A stretch of 64,000 bases of DNA, taken from NCBI GenBank assembly GCA_965646995.1, contig CBFGBH010000002.1:5977-69976 (forward strand), in the 5' to 3' direction. The DNA is from Candidatus Onthoplasma sp. (GTDB lineage Bacteria > Bacillota > Clostridia > Christensenellales > UBA1242). A model generated the notes under the pieces. It did not search any database and had not been told where the DNA came from. It saw only the letters and a program-made list of their open reading frames with translations. Positions 26,670 to 34,543 of this stretch are shown in pieces; within the stretch, counting starts at the first letter, position 1; each line of letters begins with the position of its first letter. A program made the position numbers and the translations under genes.

Positions 26670-28274
26670 ATGAACATAGCAAATCTTAGTATGCTATGTG
26701 TGAGTACTCCTGTCGCATGGATTTTATCAATAGTTATGTTAGCAATAGGTATAGGAATAGGTATAGGTGCCGGTGTTGGAGTATACGCTGTTGTTATTAA
26801 TAAAAAATCTAAATCAGCTGGTATAAAGGCGGATAAAATTCTCGAAGAAGCACGCATACAAGCAGAAAAAATCAAGAAAGAACAAGTCGAACAGACAAAT
26901 AAAGAGATTAATCTTTTAAAATCAACATTTGAGCAAGAGAACAAAGAACGCAGAGAAGAGACGAAGCGAAATGAAGAGAGACTTTATTCTCGTGAAGAAC
27001 TTTTAACGAAAAGAGAATCAGCATTAGATAAGAAATTAGAAGACTTAGAAACTGCGAGAGAAAAAGTGCGCAATCAAATCGAAGCACTTAATTCTAAAGA
27101 ATCAGCATTAGATGAACTACAAGAGTCTATTGTAAAAGAGTTAGAAAAAGTCAGTGCAATGTCTAAAGAAGAGGCTAAACAGGTTATCATTGACAGATAT
27201 ACCGAAGAGGCAAAGATAGATGCAATAAAACTAGCTAAAGAAATAGAAGATAAAGCGAAAGAAGAAGCAGACAAAAAAGCAAAGAATATTATTACTCTCG
27301 CTATACAAAAATGTGCTGTTGATAATACTAGTGAAGTTACTACCAGTGTAGTCACTCTGCCTAGTGAAGAGATGAAAGGCAGAATTATCGGACGCGAAGG
27401 AAGAAATATCAGAGCGCTAGAGGCTGCTACTGGTATTGACTTTATAGTAGATGACACTCCAGAAGTGATAACATTGTCTGGATTTGACCCGGTAAGAAGA
27501 GAAGTTGCTCGAATCTCACTAGAAAAATTAATATTAGATGGACGTATTCACCCAGCTAGAATTGAAGAACTAGTACAGAAAGTACAAAGAGATGTCGAGG
27601 ATACTATTAAAGAAGCAGGCGAGAACGCTTGTTTCGATGCAGACATTCACAACATTCATCCGGAAATTGTGAAAGTATTAGGAAGACTAAAATATAGAAC
27701 TAGTTATGGACAGAATGTACTTAACCATTCACTAGAGGTTTCTTATATCGCTGGTATGTTGGCTGCTGAAGTCGGCGCAAACGAAAAAGTAGCTAGGCGA
27801 GCAGGCTTACTACATGATTTAGGTAAAGCTGTAGACCAAGAAGTAGAAGGTACACATGTTTCTATCGGTGTAGACTTAGCTAGAAAATATAAAGAGAGTG
27901 AAGCAGTCATTCATTGTATTGCATCCCATCATAACGATATTGAGCCTAAGACTCTTGAAGCTGTTTTAGTACAAGCGGCAGATGCTATTTCTAGCGCTAG
28001 ACCGGGTGCAAGGCGAGAGTCTATCGAAAATTATATCAAGAGATTGCAAGAATTAGAAGCTATAGCTAATGCCTTTAAAGGTGTCGATAAAACTTATGCT
28101 ATTCAAGCGGGTCGCGAGATTAGAGTTATGGTTAAGCCAGAACAAATCAGTGACGAAGAAGCACAAATTTTAGCTCATGATATCGCTAAAGATATTGAAG
28201 CTAAACTTGAATATCCTGGACACATTAAAGTAAATGTTATTCGAGAGTCTAGATTTACGGATACTGCAAAATAA
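26670..28274 (+). CDS. rny: Ribonuclease Y
   Basis: N-terminal TM helix, coiled coil, KH '[15 protein letters not shown]', HD 'LLHDLGK'. Confidence 0.9.
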   Translation: MNIANLSMLCVSTPVAWILSIVMLAIGIGIGIGAGVGVYAVVINKKSKSAGIKADKILEEARIQAEKIKKEQVEQTNKEINLLKSTFEQENKERREETKRNEERLYSREELLTKRESALDKKLEDLETAREKVRNQIEALNSKESALDELQESIVKELEKVSAMSKEEAKQVIIDRYTEEAKIDAIKLAKEIEDKAKEEADKKAKNIITLAIQKCAVDNTSEVTTSVVTLPSEEMKGRIIGREGRNIRALEAATGIDFIVDDTPEVITLSGFDPVRREVARISLEKLILDGRIHPARIEELVQKVQRDVEDTIKEAGENACFDADIHNIHPEIVKVLGRLKYRTSYGQNVLNHSLEVSYIAGMLAAEVGANEKVARRAGLLHDLGKAVDQEVEGTHVSIGVDLARKYKESEAVIHCIASHHNDIEPKTLEAVLVQAADAISSARPGARRESIENYIKRLQELEAIANAFKGVDKTYAIQAGREIRVMVKPEQISDEEAQILAHDIAKDIEAKLEYPGHIKVNVIRESRFTDTAK

Positions 28275-28386
28275 AAAAGACTAGTTAGTTAGTCCATTTT
28301 GAAACTAGCAGAATAATAAAGGAAACATAGACAAAAACAGCCTATGTTTTCTTTTTGCTCTTAACTCTCTCTTAACTGCAAAAAAA

Positions 28387-28687
28387 GCGAATACTTCTGC
28401 CGTTGTCATAGGTTGTCATAAGAATAACAACCTTAAAAGGTATAAGACACTCGCATTGACCTTGACAACAAAGAATATTCGCTTATACTAGAAAATAGAG
28501 AGAAGAAAACAAAAAGCAAAAGAGCGGTTTGCGTTACGCTCCGCCAGCAACCGCTCTTTTGGCAACAAAATTAAGTTTATTTAGTTTGTTAGGCGTGTGC
28601 TTGTCTGCTGGAGCGAAGCGACAGCACTTGTATAAACAAGCACACGCCTAAATGCCAAAGTTAAAAACTTAATCATTAATTGTTGCT
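28387..28687 (+). ncRNA. Candidate structured RNA / palindrome-rich noncoding segment (family unknown)
   Basis: Three long hairpins: 28387-28481 (7+4+7 bp outer stem with an inner GGTTGT/ACAACC hairpin), 28517-28560 (12-bp perfect stem) and 28561-28687 (rod with a 14-bp perfect core AGGCGTGTGCTTGT/ACAAGCACACGCCT). Locally GC-rich. Confidence 0.3.
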
Positions 28688-28732
28688 TTTATTTTTTAAT
28701 ATTATTATACTATTAATGTAAAGGTGGTATCT

Positions 28733-29176
28733 ATGAAAGAAATAATTGCAGAAAGAGATAAAAGTTTTTTCTTTCTAGTAACTGGTGTAGGATTTATCAG
28801 TATGGTGGCAAGTATTATTGCTTTAATTCTTATTCAAAATTACATATGGTTTTATATTTTTGGAATATCTATGATGAGCTTAATTACACTCGTTGGGGTA
28901 ATTGGTTTATTTTTCCCCAAATGGGTCATTATAAGAAAATCAAACACTATCATTATTTACAATGGATTTCGAAGTTTTAAAAAGATAACATTAAACTTAA
29001 CAGATATTGTTGATGTGAAAGTTCAAGAATTACCACAAGAAAGTAAAGTTAAACATAATGGTAATATAATTTTAACAGTAAAGAGTGAGAGTTCCTCAAC
29101 AAAAAACATTGTTGTTATCAATGTAAAAAGCACTTTAAATGTTGTGGAAAAACTTAACTCATTAATTCAAAAATAA
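28733..29176 (+). CDS. Hypothetical small membrane protein (two N-terminal TM helices plus a beta-rich C-terminal domain)
   Basis: AAAGGTGG RBS before the ATG at 28733. The topology resembles bacterial PH-like (YdbS/T-type) proteins, but I recognised no motif. Confidence 0.5.
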   Translation: MKEIIAERDKSFFFLVTGVGFISMVASIIALILIQNYIWFYIFGISMMSLITLVGVIGLFFPKWVIIRKSNTIIIYNGFRSFKKITLNLTDIVDVKVQELPQESKVKHNGNIILTVKSESSSTKNIVVINVKSTLNVVEKLNSLIQK

Positions 29177-29230
29177 AGTTGAACCTTAAAATCTATTATG
29201 ATTCGATTAAGTTTTAAAGTTGGGTTGATA

Positions 29231-29265
29231 AAAAAACGAACTAAAATTAAGTAGTTCGTTTTTTT
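29231..29265. terminator. Bidirectional rho-independent terminator
   Basis: AACGAACTA/TAGTTCGTT stem flanked by A7 and T7 runs. Confidence 0.8.
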
Positions 29266-29311
29266 GCTAGTTTCAAAATTTACAGCCCTTGGCTAGTCTT
29301 TTTTTTCGTAA

Positions 29312-29815
29312 TTATCCTAATAAATTGTTTATAAATGTCATAATTCTTGATGGCTTGCGTTTGTTTTCAATTTGTCTTTGTGCTTCTTCTTGTTCTTCTT
29401 TTGTACGATTGTAAATTAGAATTGGCTCATTAGTAATTTTGATATAGTTTTCATGTGTTTCATCTTGAAAATAATATTTTACATCAATGTGATTAATAAT
29501 TAAATCTAAATACATCATTCCAGTAAATTTTTTACAAAATTTAGTTAATTGACAGCTGTCTGTTGCTTCACTGCCAAAAAGCTGGATATATGCGGATATG
29601 GCATTTGATAGATCTCTATCATCCTTTAATTCTTGATTAGGATGTACATTAGTTACCGAAATATAATAATAAGCATGTACATCATCTTCTTTTTGTAAAC
29701 CTCTTGTCATAGTTCTAGTCAATAGTCCTAGCGAAACAGATTGAGAATATTCGGCACTCCTAGTCATTTTCTCAAATCTATGTATATTATTTAAAATATA
29801 ATCTTTTTTAATCAT
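29312..29815 (-). CDS. Hypothetical protein (no recognisable motif)
   Basis: I prefer the ATG at 29815 (AGGGGG RBS 5 nt upstream) over the track start at 29848. Confidence 0.5.
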   Translation of the reverse strand: MIKKDYILNNIHRFEKMTRSAEYSQSVSLGLLTRTMTRGLQKEDDVHAYYYISVTNVHPNQELKDDRDLSNAISAYIQLFGSEATDSCQLTKFCKKFTGMMYLDLIINHIDVKYYFQDETHENYIKITNEPILIYNRTKEEQEEAQRQIENKRKPSRIMTFINNLLG

Positions 29816-29902
29816 ATAAACCCCCTTAGTGTTTGCGTAATATATCATATTTATCTTTGATTGTCAATACTTAATTTTAAAATTTTGTTGAAAAGTTGAC
29901 TA

Positions 29903-29930
29903 TTGACAATTATCAAATCCATGATATAAT
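29903..29930 (+). promoter_or_regulatory. Near-consensus sigma-A promoter directly abutting the purA/purZ-like ATG
   Basis: TTGACA, 16-nt spacer, TGATATAAT (extended -10). The ATG at 29937 lies 7 nt after the -10 with no RBS, which implies a leaderless transcript. Confidence 0.55.
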
Positions 29931-29936
29931 ATCATT

Positions 29937-31261
29937 ATGAAATATAGTGGGAAAGTACATGTAGTATACGATGGCATGTGGGGTTCGTGTGGTAAAGGTA
30001 AGATTTGCGGTATGCTGGCGCGAGACACAAAATTAAATATTAAAGTATCTGTTAATAATAATATGCCTAACGCTGGACATACATTTTATTTTGATGATGG
30101 TAGAAAGATTGTAACACATCAGTTACCTATAGGTATAGTTAATCCTGATATTAAATATTTAGTAATTGGCGAGTCGGCAGCAATTAATGTTGATAAGCTA
30201 ATAGAAGAATTAGATAAATATAAAGATTTAATTGGAATATAAAGATTTAATTGGGAACAGACCTATATATATTTGTAATACTGCATGTATAGTTACCGAA
30301 GAGCATATTAAGAGAGAAAAAGCAAGACTTAAGACGGGTAGTACTTTTACTGGCAGTGGAGAGGCGCTTATTGCTAAAATGAGAAGAGAAGGAAACATTG
30401 CAGAAAATGATGAAAGATTACAAGAATTACAAAGACAAGGTATAATTAAAATAGTAAAATCTAAAATTTTCTTTCCGAGTCTATATAATGGAGTTAATGG
30501 TTTTAATGGGGATGAAAATATATTAGTCGAATGCTCGCAAGGGAGACGCATTGAGTCTGAATGGCACTAGTTATCCTTATACAACGTCTAGAGATTGTAC
30601 TCCTGCCCAAGCAATTAAAGATATACACGCTACTGATTACAGCGGAAACATTATTAAATATTGCGTTATCCGACCATATCCAATACGCATAAATAATAGA
30701 CCAAAAAATGACAAAGACGACTATATGTATACGGGAGATTTTTTAGGAGCGAAAGAGATAGATTGGGAGACTATATCTGAACGCAGTGGAGTGCCACTAG
30801 ATGAAATATTAGAAAATGAGCAGTCAACTACCACCCATCAGACTAGAAGAGTGGCAGAGTTTAGTGCTAGACAGTTCAGCGAGATGTTACTTGATACTAA
30901 TCCCGATAAAATAATTATCAATTTCGGTCAATATAATGATGAGGCTCTTAGTGAACTTAATGAAGCAAAAGTAATTGATATAATAAACAATTATAATAAC
31001 GGAGATACTTCATCATATAATCTTGAAATATTGTCTGCTGTAGAAAATTTATATGCTTATATTGGTTTATTTGAGTTGGATTTTCCAATGTCTGAAGGTA
31101 AAATTAGATTAATAGGGACAGGTAGGCTAGAGAGTGAGATAATTAATGTTTCGCATTTACCAGATTTTGAGTTGCCGTACGAATATCAAATACATTGCTT
31201 TAAGCCAAATGCTCTAGACTATGCGATATATGATGAGGCAGACATTAATATTAAATTTTAA
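29937..31261 (+). pseudogene. Adenylosuccinate synthetase-like (PurZ-like/divergent PurA) gene split into three frames
   Basis: Track ORFs 29937-30242, 30232-30570 and 30551-31261 are collinear with PurA. Motifs: 'WGSCGKGK' P-loop, 'NMPNAGHT', 'GSTFTGSGEA', 'ECSQG..LSLNGTSYPYTTSRDCTP', 'TTTHQTRRV'. Frames are broken at 30237 and about 30550. Confidence 0.75.
30218..30255 (+). repeat. 19-bp tandem duplication inside the purA/purZ-like gene
   Basis: ATATAAAGATTTAATTGGA followed by ATATAAAGATTTAATTGGG (18/19 identical). Removing one copy restores the frame ('DKYKDLIGNRPIYICN'). Confidence 0.9.
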
Positions 31262-31290
31262 GAATGAGAGTATCTCATTCTTATTTTATT
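31261..31290 (+). terminator. Rho-independent terminator after the purA/purZ-like gene
   Basis: AGAATGAGA/TCTCATTCT 9-bp stem followed by TATTTTATT. Confidence 0.7.
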
Positions 31291-31291
31291 A

Positions 31292-31324
31292 ATAAAAAAA
31301 TTAACTATAAACATCATAGTTAAT
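31292..31324 (-). terminator. Rho-independent terminator of tRNA-Trp
   Basis: ATTAACTAT/ATAGTTAAT stem followed, on the minus strand, by a T7 run. Confidence 0.7.
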
Positions 31325-31338
31325 TAATAGTAAAATAA

Positions 31339-31413
31339 TGGCAGGGGAGACGCGATTCGAACACGCAACCAATGGTTTTGGAGACCACTACTCTACCATT
31401 GAGCCACTCCCCT
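31339..31413 (-). tRNA. tRNA-Trp (anticodon CCA)
   Basis: Acceptor AGGGGAG/CTCCCCT, anticodon loop CTCCAAA, CCA encoded. Confidence 0.9.
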
Positions 31414-31534
31414 TTAATGTCTAGTATACTCTATACGAAATATTATGTCAATAAATTTGTTGAAATAAATTGTAATAAAGGATATAATAGTTTGAATTTT
31501 ATAGATTTTATGATAGTATTATCATGAGGTAGAT

Positions 31535-32320
31535 ATGATAATTCCAATAATCGAAGAGTGCGATGGGAATGAAGAATACACGTCGGCAAGGCAGTTTGCT
31601 GAACATTTCCCAGATATGTTTAAAAATGTGAATGAAGTGAAACAAAAAGGAATACATAAATGTTACATAATTTTTTATGATTATCCAGAAAATAATAAAT
31701 TTTTATCTAAATTAAAAGTGGTATATAAATTTCATGGAGGATCGGGATTAAGCAATGTATTTGAATATAAGAATTCACTAATAGCTATATCTCCAGTTGG
31801 TGCACCTGTCGCAGCTGGATTGATGGAAGAATTGTCAGTTTTTGGTATTGATGAATTTATTGCACTTGGTTCGGCTGGCTGCTTGGATGAAAAAATATCT
31901 GAAAAATTTGTATTAGTCACTAAAGCTATTCGAGATGAAGGGACCTCGTATCATTATTTAAAGCCAAGTACATATGTTAACACTAGTAAAGATTTGAATC
32001 AAAAATTGATAGAATATTTAAAATCTAATAATATTGATTTCGTAAAATCGATTACATGGACTAACGATGCATTTTATCGTGAAACTAAACAAAAAATTGC
32101 TATGGCAAAAACGCTAGGAGCGGTAGCTGTAGAAATGGAATGTGCTGCGTGGTGTGCTGTAGCGAAATATCGTAAACTAAAATTTTCGCAAATTTTATAT
32201 TTCAGTGATGTGGTAAAACAAGAAGCATGGCAAAGATTGACTTGGAAAAAAGACATGTCGGAAGATATAAAAGATAAAATTATACTAATAGTAAAAGATA
32301 TGATAGATAATAGGGTGTAA
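31535..32320 (+). CDS. Nucleoside phosphorylase family protein (PNP_UDP_1 superfamily)
   Basis: 'GSAGCL', 'RDEGTSYHY' and 'VEMECAA' blocks. GAGG RBS. Confidence 0.7.
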   Translation: MIIPIIEECDGNEEYTSARQFAEHFPDMFKNVNEVKQKGIHKCYIIFYDYPENNKFLSKLKVVYKFHGGSGLSNVFEYKNSLIAISPVGAPVAAGLMEELSVFGIDEFIALGSAGCLDEKISEKFVLVTKAIRDEGTSYHYLKPSTYVNTSKDLNQKLIEYLKSNNIDFVKSITWTNDAFYRETKQKIAMAKTLGAVAVEMECAAWCAVAKYRKLKFSQILYFSDVVKQEAWQRLTWKKDMSEDIKDKIILIVKDMIDNRV

Positions 32321-32322
32321 TT

Positions 32323-32763
32323 ATGAAAAAAGTGACAATATACACTGATGGTGCATGTAGCGGTAATCCTGGAGCAGGGGGCTGGGGAGCGGTACTTTTT
32401 TATAAAGATAGTATGAAAGAAATTAGTGGTTTTGAACCAAATACAACAAACAATCAAATGGAATTAACGGCTGCAATTAAAGCTATAGATAAATTAAAAG
32501 AACCTTGCGAGATAGATTTATATAGCGATAGTGCATATCTTATCAATGCTTTTAATCAGGACTGGATTACAAAATGGCAGATGAATGGTTTTAGAACAGC
32601 AAATAAAAAGCCAATTCAAAATATTGAATTATGGAATACATTAATAGAATTTAATAATATGCACAAGATTAATTGGATAAAAGTGAAAGGGCATGCCGAC
32701 AATAAATTTAACAATCGTTGTGATGAGTTAGCAACGGGCGAGATAGCAAAAAATGCTAAGTAA
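32323..32763 (+). CDS. rnhA: Ribonuclease HI
   Basis: 'IYTDGACSGNPGAGGWG', 'TNNQMELTA' and 'KGHADNKFNNRCDELA'. Confidence 0.9.
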   Translation: MKKVTIYTDGACSGNPGAGGWGAVLFYKDSMKEISGFEPNTTNNQMELTAAIKAIDKLKEPCEIDLYSDSAYLINAFNQDWITKWQMNGFRTANKKPIQNIELWNTLIEFNNMHKINWIKVKGHADNKFNNRCDELATGEIAKNAK

Positions 32764-32777
32764 ATTAGCATTTTTTT
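32754..32777. terminator. Terminator between convergent rnhA and the ABC permease gene
   Basis: TGCTAA/TTAGCA stem across the rnhA stop, followed by a T7 run. Confidence 0.7.
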
Positions 32778-32793
32778 ACTATAAATTTATATT

Positions 32794-34527
32794 TTATAAT
32801 TCTTTTTTCTTGAATATTTGAGTTGATATTACATTCAAAACTAAAACAATTAAAACTATTATGCAAACCGTTAAAACGATATTTGTTCCTGCGAATACTT
32901 TTGCTCCTAATATCACATTAAAGAAATCGTTGGCTGGAGCATAAATTGAGCTTCCGAACAAAGCATATAACGAGATGTGTGAGAAAGGATAGAATGAAAG
33001 CCAACTATTAATTCCGCCTGCAAACATTGGTAATAATGTATTAACGAGATATATCACTAATACTATAGTAACTGCAAATAGGTCTGATTTTAATAATGTC
33101 GCTAACAACATTGCAATGGAAACATAGACCAAAATTTCAAGTAATAAACTTAAAATATATATTAAAATCATACCGATAGGGTGTATAACTATCGCTATAG
33201 AACTATTGAAGATGGTCAAAATATTCAGTGAAGATACTCCATAGAAAGCAGCACCAACACATAATGATATAATGCCTGCGAATAATGTCATTATGGTAGA
33301 CATGAACATTATGGCAAATAATTTACCCATGAAAACATTATTTCTAGATACTGGGCGAATAGCAAAATATCTCATTGAGCCTTCTTTGATTTCTCCAGCG
33401 ATAGAATGACATGAGGTCATCACTGCATAAGCAATAATTATGAAAGAGAATAATCGAAGAATAAAGTAAGTATAGTCATATGTGTTAATAGAGTGATTAG
33501 ATGTGATTCCTATTGTTAGTGGATTAGCATAATCAGCAGTAGTTTTGTCATTGTCAAATAAATAAGAATATAATATTAATTTAGTATTAGAATTATATTC
33601 AGATTCATTCTTTAGTCCTAATAAGTTTAATTGTTCTTTAGTATTGACGAAAGAGAAAGCATTGCTCAATAATTCTAGATGTATTAGTGTAGAGTATGCA
33701 TCACAGATATCTACATATTCTTGGCATAAATTAGCCATTTTTGAGATGTTTTCAGATTTAATAGAATGGTCAGCTTCTTTACAGAAATTATAAAATTTAT
33801 CTATTTCTTCCATTTTCTTATTAAGTCTAGATGTTAGGGTAGAGTATTTTGTTTTTTCTTCTTTTGTTGTATAGGTTCTTATTAGATTATCTGCTAATTT
33901 AGTATAAATTAAATTATCTATAGCATTAAAAAGAGGTTCTTTATATTTTTTATTAAATTCATCACATATATTAGCGATTTCATTTGTGTCTGTCTTGAGA
34001 AGGGTAAGTGCTGATAAATATACTGAATCTAATGTTTTTTGGTTATCAGTCGAAGTCAATATTGGGTATGCACCATTTTTGATGAGTTCTAAGCCGTGGT
34101 TGATTGTATCATACAAACTGGTTAGAGCGGTGGTAACGGCATTTCGTCTATTGACTTTTGTGGTTTCATTTTTATCGGATTCAGCCATGTACGCATAGGC
34201 TAAATAATTCTTAAACGCATCATCAAATGCTGATACTTGAATGTTAATATATTCTTTATATGATTTATCATTGATTTCGTAATTATCTATATTTCGTATG
34301 GCTAGTGTTATAGAATCATCAGCTTTGGTCTTAATACCACCCATAAAATATGTATAATTATCTAATGCAGATTTATTAGCAAAATCAATTTGATTAGTAG
34401 CGGGGGTAACTGATGGTTTATATATAAATACGCCTAAAACCAATATGACTGCCAGTAAAATAGCCAGTACATAAATACCTGGTTTAGAGACCATCTTTTT
34501 AATTTCTGCTTTAAAAACTTTGTACAT
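32794..34527 (-). CDS. ABC-2 type transporter permease with a large extracytoplasmic domain
   Basis: N-terminal TM helix, about 330-aa soluble region, then five or six C-terminal TM helices. Downstream of the ABC ATPase gene. Confidence 0.65.
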   Translation of the reverse strand: MYKVFKAEIKKMVSKPGIYVLAILLAVILVLGVFIYKPSVTPATNQIDFANKSALDNYTYFMGGIKTKADDSITLAIRNIDNYEINDKSYKEYINIQVSAFDDAFKNYLAYAYMAESDKNETTKVNRRNAVTTALTSLYDTINHGLELIKNGAYPILTSTDNQKTLDSVYLSALTLLKTDTNEIANICDEFNKKYKEPLFNAIDNLIYTKLADNLIRTYTTKEEKTKYSTLTSRLNKKMEEIDKFYNFCKEADHSIKSENISKMANLCQEYVDICDAYSTLIHLELLSNAFSFVNTKEQLNLLGLKNESEYNSNTKLILYSYLFDNDKTTADYANPLTIGITSNHSINTYDYTYFILRLFSFIIIAYAVMTSCHSIAGEIKEGSMRYFAIRPVSRNNVFMGKLFAIMFMSTIMTLFAGIISLCVGAAFYGVSSLNILTIFNSSIAIVIHPIGMILIYILSLLLEILVYVSIAMLLATLLKSDLFAVTIVLVIYLVNTLLPMFAGGINSWLSFYPFSHISLYALFGSSIYAPANDFFNVILGAKVFAGTNIVLTVCIIVLIVLVLNVISTQIFKKKEL

Positions 34528-34543
34528 ATATTTACTCCGAAAA

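Larger units (their letters stand above)
28273..29306. other. About 1-kb segment bounded by nested imperfect inverted repeats (candidate insertion into a terminator hairpin)
   Basis: AAAAAAGACTAG (28273-28284) pairs with CTAGTCTTTTTT (29293-29304). ATTTTGAAACTAGCA (28296-28310) pairs with TGCTAGTTTCAAAAT (29265-29279). Confidence 0.35.

Noticed and set aside
28352-28378. Short direct repeats (CTCTTAACT x2 here, GTTGTCATA x2 at 28398-28419) were considered as a possible CRISPR-like or tandem array.
   Set aside because: There are only two copies each and no regular repeat-spacer periodicity. No CRISPR array or cas genes are present anywhere in the window.
28590-28649. The inner loop 'CTGCTGGAGCGAAGCGACAGCAC' of the 14-bp hairpin vaguely recalls the SRP RNA domain IV.
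   Set aside because: It lacks the conserved SRP pattern (CAGG…GGAA tetraloop…AGCAGC symmetric/asymmetric loops). I also found no RNase P, tmRNA or 6S signatures.
29312-29815. The 167-aa orphan ORF next to the PurZ-like gene has about the size I recall for DatZ, the HD-domain dATPase of Z-genome phages.
   Set aside because: No H…HD…D motif is present in the sequence. The assignment is unsupported.
29832-29840. TTTGCGTAA, a 9-nt core of the recombinase-associated arm motif, occurs just upstream of the likely start (29815) of the 29312-29815 ORF, inside its longer track version.
   Set aside because: About one chance occurrence of this 9-mer is expected in the window, and the flanking arm bases do not match.
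30541-30549. The 9-mer GGGAGACGC at the second frameshift of the PurZ-like gene also occurs in the 3' end of tRNA-Trp (31345-31353), with about 15/17 similarity including flanks. It is a possible att-site pair.
   Set aside because: The identity is short and gapped. The segment it would delimit (the C-terminal third of one gene) makes no sense as an element. I treat it as coincidence unless longer att identity is found by alignment.
31421-31455. '…CGAAATATTATGTCAATAA' resembles the XerD-arm half (TTATGTAAACT) of the Firmicute dif consensus.
   Set aside because: Only the TTATGT core matches. The inferred left arm (ATACTCTATAC) has no similarity to the XerC arm, so the full 11-6-11 site is not present.
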